Source of the DNA: the human T2T-CHM13v2.0 reference genome, Homo sapiens
Length of the DNA stretch: 64,000 nt
Reading direction: 5' to 3'
NCBI GenBank assembly: GCA_009914755.4
Contig: CP068257.2
Location: 22,944,001-23,008,000 of the forward strand
In this document: positions 29,867 to 46,283 of the stretch, in pieces
Layout of the letters: each line of letters begins with the position of its first letter
Position numbering within the stretch: position 1 is the first letter of the stretch
Position numbers and translations under genes: made by a program
Notes under the pieces: generated by a model
Told to the model about the DNA's origin: nothing
Database searches by the model: none
Seen by the model: the letters and a program-made list of their open reading frames with translations, nothing else

Positions 29867-32429
29867 TGAATACTATTCAAGTCTAAAAAATAAATCATGT
29901 TTTTTGCAGCAACATGAATATAGCTGGAGTTTATCATATTAAGTGAAACTCAGAAACAGAAAAACAAATACTACATGTTCTCACTTATAAATGAGAGCTA
30001 AACAATATGTTTACATGGACATAGAGTCTGGAATAATAGACAATGGAGACTCAAAAGGGTGGAAGTGTGAGAGGGAAGTGGATAATAATAAATTACTTAA
30101 TGGGTACAATGTTTATTATAGATATACTGAAAGCCCAGATTTTGCCACTATCAAACATATAAATGTCACAACATTACAGTTGTACTCCTTGACTTTATAG
30201 AAATAATAATAAAAAAAACCTGAGGTAATGGTGCATTTGAATCGGAAAGTTTACTGCAGTCAGTATAATTTCCAAAGATGAAAAGGTTAATGGAGTGTGT
30301 TTCTTTATTGTAGTGCAGTAGTTCTGTTCTTTTTTTTTTAATTGAAACACCTATAATCTTTCTCTATTTTGACCTACAAAAGTACATTTAAAAGAAAAAT
30401 GTAATCATTTCATTATAAATATCATTATAAATCTGTTAGAATATACAAATCACAAATCTTAGAATATATAATGATAAGTTTCTGTCTCATAATGTAAACA
30501 TAATATAATGTTCAATATTGTTCTTATTTTCTAAGTGAAACATTGTCATGACTTCAATCTAAATATATTTAATGAGAGACCACAAACAATGTATTTTGAC
30601 AAGTGGTACTTAGTCTATTCCATTATAGCCATGAACATAAAGGGAAGAATTTTAAATCTAGCTTCCCTCTAGATTGAGTTGGAAAAGTGATTCCAAATCA
30701 TGTCAATGGCCATTTATTAACCCAAATGCATGTTAAAAAATCATATGACCAGAAAACGGAGTGTTAATATTTGCAAACTGAATCTTGCCAGGGCAGTTTA
30801 TAAAAAGCTTATTCTATTCTGCCTAATGTAGCTATTAGTAATGTAGAACTGAAAAAGAAACTAGAGGAAATATCAAAATATCAACTTCTTATGTACATCG
30901 TTTAAGAGTTAAATACTACTTTATGATTTCAACATTTTAAAGCCATTTGTAATTTTCTAATTGAAAAAGTAATATAACTTCATTATTTATATTTTTTATT
31001 CGACAAAATTTACTATATACCTTCTGCGTACCAGGTACTGTCATAGGCCCTTAATATGTCATGAACATAAATATTCATTTTCCTGAAAATTTCTTAACTT
31101 ACATTTGTTATACTCTACTAAGTGAAATAGAGAATAAACATAATAAACAAATAAAATATATAACAGACTAGGTAGTGGTAATTTTAACTCAGTTTAATCA
31201 ATTCAGTTGGATCCACAAACAATTTTTTGGCATTCTTGTCAGGAAGCACATTTACTATGCAGAGAAAAAATACAGTCTTCAAACAATTTTAAATATTTTT
31301 ATTTGATCTTATGGGACAAAAAGCATGGCAATCCTAAGATTTTGCATTACCTTCTCCAATGCAAAAAAAAAAAACCCACTCTTTTTATGATAAAGTATAA
31401 AATAAATAAAATATAATTCAATTATTTTGCTGGACTTAATATTTAATATGAGAAAATGCACTGTGTGCAATGTTGAAATAAGGTTACCATGGCAACCATG
31501 TGCTTTGTGAAATACAAAAATTATTTCTGTTGTAAAATTCCATAAAACATAGACCTTAATTCGAGGCTTCCCAAGAATTTCTATGTTGTGCAACTTCTTA
31601 TTATTAAATTTATTTTTTATTATAATGACTATATACATTAAATTAGTGCCATCTCTTCAGCGTTTACAGCATTCATAGCATATTTATTCTCTAACGAAGA
31701 GGCCAAGGCACCAGAAGAAGTAAACACATTAGAAACAATAAGTTATAAAAAAAAAGAAATTGTTCTTTATACGGGAATTGCTTTTATAATAATTTTTTCT
31801 ATATATTTTTAGATTTTTTTCTAGCGCATCCATAGACAATAATAAAAAAAAATTAGTCATCTCAAACAACATGCCTAATATTAACTGAAGTAATAATATA
31901 ATTCACTTTTTAAAAATTTAATGGAGGTAAGTAATATAGCTGTGATGTAAGTCACATGAATTTATTTTACAAAGTTTTATAATCTCACAGAGGTGACTGG
32001 CGCTTGTTAATAATTTGTAAAAATGAACTTTTAAAGTTCTTATGACAGTACTTAATGTTTTTCTCCTTAAACTATGGAAAGACTGTCCTATTTAATAAAA
32101 TAATCCAAATCTGAAGACGTCCATATATTTCCAAAACATACTTTCTTGAAAACCTCCATTACATTTCTTATAATGTGACAATTTTCTTGAAAAGGGGTGT
32201 GTTCTCTCCTTTTTATGATTCTAACTACTTAAGTGGAATAGTTTTCAGAATTTTCTTCCCATTGTTAATAACTGTATATATATAATTTTGAATACAAGAT
32301 CAGTTTCTCTCACTACTTTGACCACAGTGGTGACTAGAAAATAATGTAAATAGATCATTATTCTAATTTGGCAAGAGTATGCTTAACATATTCCTAGATA
32401 ATTTCATGCATATTTTATTAGTAAAGTAA

Positions 32430-32762
<333 letters not shown>

Positions 32763-32852
32763 CCAAATTTTTAACATAAGCAGTTTTAGCTTTATGGATT
32801 TCAGAAGTGGTTGTTAGATACAAAAAGTGATTAGTACAGCATGACTATAATT

Positions 32853-32877
32853 TTATTATTATTATTATTATTATTTT
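32853..32877. repeat. (ATT)n microsatellite
   Basis: ttattattattattattattatttt. Confidence 0.9.
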
Positions 32878-35095
32878 GAACACAATAGCTCTAAAATTCT
32901 CCAAATTTTTAAAGCATATCTTGTTGCTTAAGGGTACATGACATGGACTATATTCCTAGATGCATTTAGGGCATTTATACTCAATTTTCAGGGCAACGAA
33001 TACCCTCTCCTTAAACGCTTTCTGGAATCCTCTGTCCCAAAAAAATGAATAGTCAACTTTTAAAAGAAGTAACAATTTATTTTATAAATTGAGACTTCCT
33101 GTGAGTCAAGTTATTTTGAAATAAAATCTTAAAATTAGAATTTAAGTGCACAGTCTTAAAAATACTAATGTACAGTTTTTAAAAGCTCTCTTATGAAACT
33201 TTTCTGTGAAGTTAAAAGAAAATATTTTCTGTGGCATCAAAAGGTATTAGAAGCCGTTTGATTTCTTTTGTATTTTCATTTATTTTGTGCTTATATTTTT
33301 GTTCTGCTTTTAATGTACCATGATAATCTAACATACAAAATACTCATATCCTTAGAGAGAATTCAATAGTAATAACTGTGTATTTTACTAAAATTTAAAA
33401 AAACATACAGGCCAACAAGAGCCTAATCTGATCATGTTATTTTATGGAGAATTCATAAAGGTGACACTTTGAGAGGTGTACTTTTCTGAAATGACAGGTA
33501 TTGTTATCCTCCAAAGTGGTTCACGAATGTAATCAAGGATTCAGTTACTTAAGAAGCCTTTTAGAATTTACTAAAATAACAGAAACCTGCGTTATACCTC
33601 TAAATTCATGGAAAGTTTCTTTTTATTTATCCTAGTTTTCTTGTTTTTATTCTAAGTTTATAGCTATAATTTTTCTAAATGTCACACTGACATTATCTGT
33701 CTCTCTCTAGAAGAAACCCCAGGCTCCATGAAAAAGTGCTCTGTCGATTTCTCTCATCATTGTACTCCGATGACTAACGCAATGCCAGGCAAATCAGAAT
33801 AAGCAATAAATATTGTTGGGTGAATGGTTGAGTGTTCTCATTACCGCAAACAAATTAAGTTGATTTTTCACAGAATTCTTCAGGTATGGAAATCATTCTA
33901 TTTTAAGGTCAGAAACCAAGCAGAAAAACAAAATCTAATAAAATCTTAGTTATATTTCTTATTAAGGTATAAAACTCAGAAATGTGTTTTCAATTCTACA
34001 CGGTTACCTCATTTTAGAATTTATTGTGATTCAAAATTTTAGCATTTGCACATTTGTACAATATTGCCTCCTGCATAATCACTGTAAATGCATTTAATTA
34101 CATTCAAATCACAACATTAAAAAGTATCATAAGTGTATGGTAGTATGTTAGAGAAAAAACATAATGAACTGACTGGAAATTGTTAGGAACAATGTAGATT
34201 ACATTTTAATTAATCTACTATTAAAATTTGTTTTCTCTCACCATGTGTTGTGAAACACTGCTATGTATTTACTTCATATTGGAATCACAATTTGCTCATG
34301 ATTTCAAATCTATTATTACATGTGTTACATGAGAATATTTAAACAGTGCAATCTACCTTAATTATTTATTGTCCTATATGCATATTGCAGAAGATCTGAA
34401 AATAATTCATTTTTTACATATGTAAAACAATCTCTAAGTTAGATAAACAGCATAGCCATCCTGGGTAGCTTGAGGAGTGATAAAAATAAAACAATCACCT
34501 ACTATCAGCAACAATAAAAGCCTATTTGTTCTTAAAGTAAATTCCAGTTTAGATAAAATAACTTAAGGTGCAGTGTCACATGGGCTATGAACAATCTTGC
34601 TTTTGAAATTACTGCTCTTTTATAAAACTGAATCTATATGCAAGTGAGGACTGTTATAACAGCTTAAGTAATGGGCTCATTTAGTGATGAAATGTTTCTA
34701 TAGTTCAAATATTTAGTATTTTACACAGCATCTGTTTTGTCACATAAATGTTCTCCAGTCATTAACGTACGTACTGGACATAAATCTTTTTTTCTGGGGA
34801 TTATATTACTTGATTGTTATTAAGGTCTTCAGTTAATATGTGCCCTGTGAATTTGTTAATATTATCCCAAGCCATAGAGCAAGTCAGCCAAGCCAAATCC
34901 TAAGCAGGATACTAAACCCTTCTCACGTTTAACCCCCATTTTCAGTCATATTCCTATTTAATATTCAATATTCATTCTAGTACACTCATTATATGTCACA
35001 AATTACTCCACGTCTCTCCATATCAACTGTGACTGTCTTTGTTAAATTTCTCATTGTTTAAACTAGATCATTCAATAATCTGATAGAGTCATACC

Positions 35096-37642
<2,547 letters not shown>

Positions 37643-37865
37643 TAATTGATTCTTCAGCCTGAAGTTTGTCCTAATTCCATTCTATACTCCTCCATGCTTT
37701 CAAATTTACGTACACATACTGAAGTGCACAATTATGATCTGAAGAGAAGAAGGACATTTAAAATCATCATCACAACAATAAGAGTTGACAACCTGGCAAG
37801 ACTGAGATCACTGAAATCAACGAGTTGATTGCAAAGAGGATCAAGCCAATTATAAAGCAAGTTTA

Positions 37866-38250
<385 letters not shown>

Positions 38251-38584
38251 AGGAAAAATAATTCAATTTCCCAGGAAACGACATGGATTTTTTTAAGAAA
38301 GCAGAAGTCAGTACAGCTATTGTCATACTTTAATTTTACCACTTGCTAGCAAGTATTATCTCAGGTGAGTTAATTGCCTTATTTATTTAGCAAATATAAT
38401 TGAATTTCTACTATTTATCCGAGTCCAGGCCCTGGTCTAAGATCTGGAGATTCAAAGATAGATTTCTTTAGTTTGGAGTATTTTTCTCACTTAAAATGTT
38501 TAGTGTGATTATTTCAATTAATGAAATATCAAATACTATATACTTCCCTCAAATATAGTGAGGTCAAGTCATATATGTGTAAAC

Positions 38585-38610
38585 ATCTATATCTATCTAT
38601 CTATCTATAC
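38585..38610. repeat. (TATC)n microsatellite
   Basis: atctatatctatctatctatctatac. Confidence 0.85.
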
Positions 38611-40655
38611 ACACATGTATATATGAATTTTTAAAATTTTCATTATACGAAAGTTGTTTTCTCTTTTTGTGTTGTTCTTTCTCTCATGTGGCCAGACTAT
38701 AAGGTTGAATGAGGCAATGAAAACCTGTGTGCTTGAAGGATAATGGTAAGAAATCACTGTTCTTATCCCTGGCTTTTGAGGGATATGTTGGTATGTTTAA
38801 TATCCCACGAGATTGAACTGGCATAATCAACTTTAATTATCAACTCTTTGTCAGGTATCCCAATTCTTGTAAAAGGCATCAGTACCTAAGAAAACCAGAG
38901 GGAAAGACACGTGGAAACAAAAATACCCTGCACAGCTCTAATCTTGCTTCCCAGGTCAAAGTGTGGAGGGGGAGAATGATTAAAGTGCCTAGGAATCTTT
39001 TAAATATCAGTTTGTTTACCCAAATTAGAAAAATGATAAATAGGTTATTGAGACTAGCGTCTTGATCTGAAAATAAACACACGTCTTTTTGGAATATACC
39101 TTTTTCTACAGATTAGTTAACTGTTCAATCCGAGGTTACAGATTTTGTGAACATGAAGTATGGTGAAAGAAAAGAAACAAACCAGAGCTTCAATCTAATT
39201 AGTTATGGTTAAAATGTATGCAAATTTGATTTTACTTTTGTTTAGGTGTTTTCTTTCAGTTCTCTGTAATGAGTGATACAAACCTAAAAGTAATCTTTTC
39301 AATCTCCCATAGTGCCTCAAGCCTTCCCAATCAGCGGATGATCTTGTCTTCCATGTCAGATATTGTTGCAAACTTCTTAAAAAACTTTGGGATCACATGG
39401 GCCTGAATTAAAACTCCCATCTTCGGCTTTGTAATATAAGATCTAGGGCAAGTTATTTAAACCATGTGTAGCTTAATGTCCTTGTTCTCTTAACCCAAGA
39501 ATAGAAAGTTCTAAAAATTATTATTTGTTTTTCCATTTCTATATCTATATATATCTTTACCTTTTCTTTTAATTATAGAAAGTGGGGAAAGGAACTATAT
39601 TTATTCTCTCTTAAGACCTCCCTTTGTGCTCTTGATTTCTTCCCTTGCTGCTTTCTAAGAAATGTTGTTTTCTATTATATTTTTGTTTTCTTTTTAAAGA
39701 TTTCTTCATTCTCTCTTGCCATTTGAAACTACTTCTTAGTCTACAATATGGTCAGGCATCCTTCCTTATTTTCTATTGATTTATCACCTCACTATACTAT
39801 AGCCAATCTCTTTATTGCAAAAATGATAAAATATTAATATAGTCCTACCATCTCTATATTCTCACTTGTTAGTGTACTTTATCGTAAATTCTGCCTAATA
39901 CATCTTTTCTAGAAACTGTCTTGCTCAGTTCACCAATGGAAACTTAATATCAAAACATAATGATTTTTTATTTTTCTTTATTTACATTTACCACTGATTA
40001 TAAGTTAAGCATCTTGTTCTTAAAATTTTCTTCTTCTGTGTCCAAGACTTTGATTAGTTCTGGACTTATATTTTACATTTTCTAAATTAATTTACCCCGG
40101 TGTCAATACGTTTTATAGTCCAAATGCATCAGCATATTAGTTTCTCTAAATTCTAATCTTCTTCAGTTTAACTATTTCAAGCATTTTTTCTCGCATAGAA
40201 TCTGACTTCATGGTTTTAAATATTATCAGGAAGACTGTTACATAAATATCTCAGTTTAACTCTTTTCTCCGTATTAGATGATCTACTTATCTATTGATAA
40301 TTTTTTTCCGTGATCCATAGGTGCTTTAAATTTACCTTTGGAGTTTCTATCGGAAATATCGATATGAAATAGCTGTTATGATAGTAACATAGATATGTCT
40401 GTGGTAGAATAGCTGTCCCCAGAGATGTCTGTATACTAATTCACAAAAGCTATGAATATGTGGCCTCATGTGGAAAATAAGTTGTATACAGGTGTGATTA
40501 AGTTAAGGGAAATTATCCTGAATTATACCAGCAGGCCCTGCAACCACAAGCATCCTTAAGAAGTGAAGGCAGGAGTGTCAGAGTCAGACGAGATCTGATG
40601 ATGAAAGCAGAGGTCAGATTAAGGCCAGGAAGGACTAACATGGCAAGAAATGCAG

Positions 40656-40752
40656 ATGATATATAGACGCTGCAAAAGGCAAAAATTTCACAAAGGCAAA
40701 ATGATGATATATAGAAGCTGCAAAAAGCAAACATTTTGCAAAGGCAAAAATT
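40656..40752. repeat. Tandem duplication (2 x about 48 bp) inside the 5' LTR of the MaLR element
   Basis: gatgatatatagacgctgcaaaaggcaaaaatttcacaaaggcaaaat | gatgatatatagaagctgcaaaaagcaaacattttgcaaaggcaaaaat; the minus-strand track ORF 40513-40812 shows the repeated peptide MFAFCS(F/V)YISS, which comes from this duplication. Confidence 0.9.
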
Positions 40753-41136
40753 TCCAGAAGAAACACAGCATACGCGACGCCTTGATTTTAGAACTGCTGA
40801 TCCCTGAAACACTGAGATAATGAATTTCTATTGTTTCAAGTCACTGCATTTATGATAATTAGCAATAAGAAACTGGTTTTGATACTGAAAGTGGTATGCT
40901 GATATAATAAATGTATACTTAGCATATGATTTGCATTTCATAATAAATATAACAAAAATGTGGATGTAATTGTGGACTTGGGCAGTGGGCAGAGGCTGGA
41001 AAATCTTGAGAAACATGACGGTAAAAGCCTAGATTGCCTTAAACAGATTATTTGTAGAAATGGTTCACAAATCTGCTGGAGTGCTCAATGTGAGAAGCAT
41101 AGTAAAGATAAATACATAAGTAAATAAATAAGGGGG

Positions 41137-41152
41137 TGTGTGTGTGTGTGTG
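41137..41152. repeat. (GT)n microsatellite
   Basis: gtgtgtgtgtgtgtgtgt. Confidence 0.9.
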
Positions 41153-43249
41153 TAGATTATAAACTGACTGTAGAAATATGAACATAAAAGTAACCACTGG
41201 TGAGGGCTAGAGGAAATGGTGATCATGGTATTGGAAATTGGATGAAAGGAAATCTTTGCTATACAGTTGCAGAAACTTTGGAGAATTGGGCCTTACAGCT
41301 ATGCAGAAAGCAGAAATTTTTCACAGTGAACTTGTATATTTAGCTAAAGAGATTTCCAAGCAAAGTGCTGAATGTGTAGACTGGTTTATTCTTGCTGCTT
41401 CTGTGAGAATGTGAAAGGACAGAGGTCGTTTGAGGAAAGAACTGAAAAGAAAACAAGAAACAGAGGCTTGATAATTTGGGTAATTTTCACATTGCAAAAG
41501 ACACTGCCATTAGAAAACTCACTGTTAAGAAAGTTGGCTGTGAAGAGAAGGCCAGGGTGTGGCTCTACAACCTTTTGCTAATGTGTAGAAAGAATCAAAA
41601 GGCCAGAATATTCCATCACACAGAGGGTTTTCTGAAGAAATTAGACATGTGACTTACAGATCCCTCAGCCACTAAGCAGAGCCAAGAACAGAGATGATCT
41701 TATGCAGAAATATCTATAGTGAAGCCTATTGTCCAGTGGAATGAATCCCCAAAACACTTATTGGAAAAACACATGAATCTTAAGGCTGTTGCATTAGCAG
41801 AAACATTGCCAGCTGAAGCTAAAAGGAACAGAGAGAAGAAACAATGAAAGAAGGCTGTTGAACTCTCAAAGTTCTGTAGACAGGAAATAGGTAGGTAAAA
41901 TTATTTAACTGTGAACACATACTATCCTTCATTAAAAAGGAAGGATGACTCGCAGGACGGAGCAACAGACCCAAAAGCTCAGAGAAATAGCTGAGACTTA
42001 AAGAGGATTATTTGTAGACCATGGAACCTAATGAAGTTTTCCCTGCTGGATTTTGAAATTGCATAAGAACTATGATTCCTTTTTTTCCCCTCTATTTTCT
42101 TCTTTTTTGAAAAGAGAATGTCTATAAGTGTATCCTGTGCTAGCCCAAGCATTGGATTTTGGAAGACAACTTGCTTTCTAATTTTATAGATCCACAAGAA
42201 AAGAGAAATTTTGTTCCAAAATGGATCATATCCAACGCCTCACATATTTCATATTTAGATAATTTACATGATGAAATTTGAAACTTTTGAGTGGGTGAGA
42301 TCTAGATGAAATTTTGCACCTTTAGTTGATGTTGTAATAGGTTGAGACTTTTGAATATGTTTGGATAGGTAAATATAGTTTGCATGTGGAATGAATGTGA
42401 ATATTTGGAGGTCAGAAGGCTATGTGTGAAAAAAAAGTGCCCCTTGTCCCCCAAAAGATCTCCCTGTTGTAACCCTTGACATTTTTTAATACATTAACTT
42501 ACATGGCAAAATGGACTTTGCAGATATGAATAAGAAAGTATCTTGAGATGGGAAGATTATCCTGGATTATCTGGGTGTGCATGGTATAATAGAAAACCTA
42601 GTGTAAACCAAAGAGGGTGGCAGAAAATGACAGTCAATAGGAGATGCGAAGATGGAAGCAGAGATCAGAATGATGAAAGAAAAAATACAGGAGACTAGGA
42701 ATGCAAGTGACTTTTAAAATCTAGAAAAAGCAAGTACACTAATTCTTCCCTACATATTGTAGAAGGAATAAAACTTTGCTTACTCATTTTAAACTTCTGA
42801 CCTTCAGAACTGTAAGATGATAAATATTAATATGTTTAGTTTCACTATAAAGAGTTTATAATTTACTATAGCTGCAATAGGACACTAATACAACTTACAC
42901 TTCATTACTTATACCTCATGGTTTTGATGATCACCTGTCAATCAAAAGACTACATTAGCTAAAGCATTAGTCCTAATTTGCTCACCTATACCCCAAGTGT
43001 AAAGACAGGTCTTACCTCCTCAGCATACATTTTAATTTATAAGGCCAACCCAGAACCTACCCATGAGAGAGAGCAAAAGTTAATAAGGTCAGTAGCAATT
43101 ACCATAAATTTTATTAAGAAATTTCTGTGAAGTTGAAATCATTAATTCCATTAAGTGGAAATTATTCTAAAAGAAATTGAGTCAAGGGTTGTCTTCCTTA
43201 CCCATGTTCCAGAAAATAGATGATCATAAAGACGTCCATTTAACAAATT

Positions 43250-43960
43250 ACTTATGTATACTTATACATATGTAAGCAATATACAAGTATTTTATTATAC
43301 ATAAGTAACATATACATAACATTTATCATAAAAGTATATTTTATAACATAGTATAAAAGTATAATATTTTGTAGCATATTACAAAAGTAATTTATACAGT
43401 ATATAAGTAACATATATAACACATACATTACATAAGTAACATATATAACATCATGAAAGTATATTTTATAACAGTATAACATTTATTATGTTATAGCATT
43501 ATTATATATGTCATAACATTTATTATATATTATGACATATACATTTATTATATATTATAACATATATAATGTTTATTACATGTCATAACATATATAACAC
43601 ATATATGTTATAACTAACATATATAACATTTATTATATACATTATAACTAACATAGATAACATTTATTATACACATTATAACAGATATAACATTTATTAT
43701 ATACGTTATAACTAACAGATATAACATTTATTATATACATTATAACTAACATATATAACACTTACATATAACATTATATGTAATGTTAACATTATATATG
43801 TTATATATATAACATACATAACACTTAACATATATAACACTTATATATGTTACTTATATAATGTATACATTACATTTATAATATGTATATAACTTTTAAT
43901 ATGTATATAACTTAATATATAATATGTATATAACTTAATGTTTAAGTATTTTATTTGGGG
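43250..43960. repeat. AT-rich complex minisatellite built of direct and inverted copies of tatataacat/atgttatata-type units; core array of about 4 units of 28-36 bp at about 43612-43760
   Basis: ataacatttattatatacattataactaacatag | ataacatttattatacacattataacag | atataacatttattatatacgttataactaacag | atataacatttattatatacattataactaacatat; surrounding sequence has many short palindromes (tgtcataacat...atgttatgaca). Confidence 0.85.
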
Positions 43961-44419
43961 GATGCTAATATAAATAAATTTTTTCTCCACTTATAAGTTT
44001 TGATGAGAATGATGGGGATAATGAAACCAACATCTTCTGTGAAAGTTTCTTTGATTAATATCCCTTTGGAATAAGAAAAAATTAATTCATATTGGAATTT
44101 CTCAGTTATTTTTAATCTATTACATCTTCATATAATATGTAATTTAATTTGAAAATCAATCCCAAAGGTTTTGGAGTCAATCAGGCACATACTCGGCATC
44201 CAAATTCTTAAAAGAAAAAAAAATTGTTTCCTATTTGGCTGGTTGTTTAATCAGGGGAATTAAGAATATCTATCAAAACGACACATGCATGTATCCTCTG
44301 ATCACAAAATGTAACTTATAGGATGTTTTATATCAAATATACACACTATTATTAAATGCAACACTATTTGCAATAACAAAATATAGAAAATAAGATAAGA
44401 ATTCATTTCTGTAAAATAT

Positions 44420-44833
44420 TAGGGTTCTGTGGAGACTGGAGAAACAGTAGGATGTGTGTGTGTGTGTGTGTTTGTGTGTGTGTGTATTATGAAACTGAGT
44501 TACATAATTATGGAGGCTAAATCCAAATCTTCGGTCTTGCACAGATAGGCTAGAGACCTAGAACATCCAATGGTATAAATGAAATCCACAGGTACTCTGC
44601 TGGAAAATTCCCTCTTTCTTGGGGAAGCCCCAGTCTTTGTGTTTTGTTTAAACCTTAAACTAAATGAGGCCCACCCAAATTAAGAAGGGAAATGGGTACT
44701 CAAAGTTTAAAGGTCAGGGAACCAATGGCGGATTCTGCTGGTTGCTGAGCATATCTGTTCCAACTATATGCTCTGGAACCAGAGAAATAACCACAGATGG
44801 GCTCAAGGACAGCTAAACCCACTGTGACACAGA
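44420..44833 (+). mobile_element. ERVL/MaLR-type LTR, copy 1, of the 'attctccagagaaacagaaccaatagg' LTR group (MLT2/LTR16-like; family not assigned), with a (GT)n run at 44454-44485 replacing the usual internal simple-repeat patch
   Basis: gggttctgtggagactggagaaacagtagg (gt)n tattatgaaactgagttacataattatggaggctaaatccaaatcttcggtcttgcacagataggctagagacc ... ttaaactaaatgaggcccacccaaattaagaagggaaatgggtactcaaagtttaaaggtc ... ggctcaaggacagctaaacccactgtgacacagacc. Homologous to copy 2 at 47500-47868. Confidence 0.5.
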
Positions 44834-46283
44834 CCTTAGCTGAAACTCCATTGATCACCTGAGCTCTTTAAGCACCTAACTCTGACTAGTGGACCACAGC
44901 AGCATTCTGGGTCTCTTAAAATTTGTGTCAGTTCAGAGCCAGTGTCTAGGGGTCCCTGAAAGGTCCGATTAGTTCCTTTTCCAAAATGTGCAGTTAACCC
45001 ACAAAAAGCCTTATATGCCTTTGGATAAAGATAGGAGAAATAGTATACATTTTTGGCAGTATACTGAGGTCCCTCATCCAAACAACTTGGCCTCCCATTC
45101 ATTCAAAGGGATCTGGGTCTGAAAGCTGGCTCAAGCCTGGGAATTGATCGAGAGGTTGTTGTGACTCTGTTTTATGATTCAGCTTAGACTATTTTTCACT
45201 TGACCTAAAAATTTTCTGCTTATACAGATCAAGTAAGAATGTAGTAAGCCTCCTATTTCTTTCATTTCTAGAGGCACCGTGATTAACTTACCAAAGCTCT
45301 AGGTCTGCTCAAGTCAGATTATTCTGATTGTTGCTTTCACTCTGCTTTCCATTATGGTAACAACACCTGCCATTTGCAGTCGAGAGCTAAAACTTGGCTC
45401 TTGTGACACTGGAATCCAATTATTCCAATTACGTTTACATTTCCAAATCAGTGAATGCAGTTCCCACTGTAAGGTCTGACCTACAGAGAAGAACAATAAC
45501 AGCTTTTCAGTGGAGCTAGAACACCCCTCAAATATTTGTTTTTTACAATTGTAATGAAAGGTATGTTATGATGGGTAAATGGGTCTTAAATAACCTTAAA
45601 TAACCAGAGTAGGAAGGCAGGTCTTAAATGACAAATCCACTCTAACATTCCAATCTCATTAAGTCCTTGAATCTCTCCTCTCTATTAAACCAAGGCAGGT
45701 CTGGGCATTTCTCAGGTAATTACTGGGGGCTACCTTTTGATCTATGTTTTGTCTAATCGACATCCCCCCAAAATAAATCTGGTGGAGCCTCTTCTATTTC
45801 CTTGAGCTGCAACGTTAAATGCAGAATCTCTGCTTAGTGGGCCCATAACAATAACGTCGGCCTGATCCAACTTTAGGTTTCCCCCACCATTATCCCACAC
45901 TCTTAATATCTACTTTCACACCTATATCCCAGATTTCTGTCTGCATAAATTAGAAAACTCAGGTAGTTCTTTTGAAGTGTAGCATACTTCTTCGTAGGTC
46001 ATACTTTTTACCTCACCTTTAGGGGACTGCTGGAAACTGAGTCTAGTTGTAGGTCAAAGTGCAAAAGGAATGTTGGATTAAGTCTCGAGGAGAATAGCAT
46101 GTCTTGCCAGGTAATAGCCTCAACAAAGGCCATTACCATTTTCTCAGGCATTGCCCTGAAATGGAGGTTAAGAGACTGCTTCTACTGGCAAAAGAAGACC
46201 AAACAAATTTTAGGGGGTAAATGTCACCTGCTTTATCACTGTCTTTCCACATATCCCCATTCCAACTTTTAGGATCCCATTTC

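Larger units (their letters stand above)
26866..30218 (+). mobile_element. L1 3' portion (ORF2 C-terminus plus 3' UTR with poly-A; older L1P/L1M-type), sense; interrupted at 27268-29548 by a THE1 insertion and carrying a (GT)n run
   Basis: gggactaatattcagaatttacaaggaactcaaacagttc, gtgggcaaaggacctgagtagacatttttcaaacaaagatatac, cagggaaatgcaaatcaaagccacaatgagagatcatctcacaccaaatagaatggctattaccaaaaagacaaaaaataacacatgctgg [THE1] gctggcaaggatgtagagaaaagggaacccttatatacttgttgatggaaatgtaaattggtacaactaccaatag ... caacctaagtgcctgtcaacaaatgaatag ... acatggacatagagtctggaataatagacaatggagactcaaaagggtgg ... aataataataaaaaaaacc. Confidence 0.8.
40374..42892 (+). mobile_element. MaLR element (MLT1-like), LTR-internal-LTR: 5' LTR about 40374-40880, non-coding internal about 40881-42422, 3' LTR about 42423-42892
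   Basis: Both LTR copies share blocks, e.g. 5' copy ...gtggaaaataagttgtatacaggtgtgattaagttaagggaaattatcctgaattataccagcaggccc... and 3' copy ...catggcaaaatggactttgcagatatgaataagaaagtatcttgagatgggaagattatcctggattatctgggtgtgc.... Both end with the MaLR motif ...ctgcaataggacactaataca / ...agcaataagaaactggttttgatac. 5' copy starts tgttatgatagtaac...gctgtcccc and 3' copy tgtgtgaaaaaaaagtgccccttgtccccc, like MLT1 tgttatgggttgaattgtgtcccc. Confidence 0.55.

Noticed and set aside
40513-40812. 99-aa minus-strand ORF with an internally repeated peptide (MFAFCSFYISSFCLCEIFAFCSVYISS)
   Set aside because: The repeat in the peptide is simply the translation of the about 48-bp tandem duplication inside the MaLR 5' LTR. 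It is not a repeat-containing protein gene.
44836-45102. Minus-strand ORF containing GPLDTGSELT, resembling a retroviral aspartic-protease active-site motif (D-T/S-G-A/S)
   Set aside because: A 4-residue DTG[AS] match is expected dozens of times by chance across six frames of 64 kb. There is no surrounding protease-fold similarity and no adjacent RT or IN motifs. Orientation also disagrees with the flanking LTR copies. Not accepted as evidence of an ERV pol remnant.
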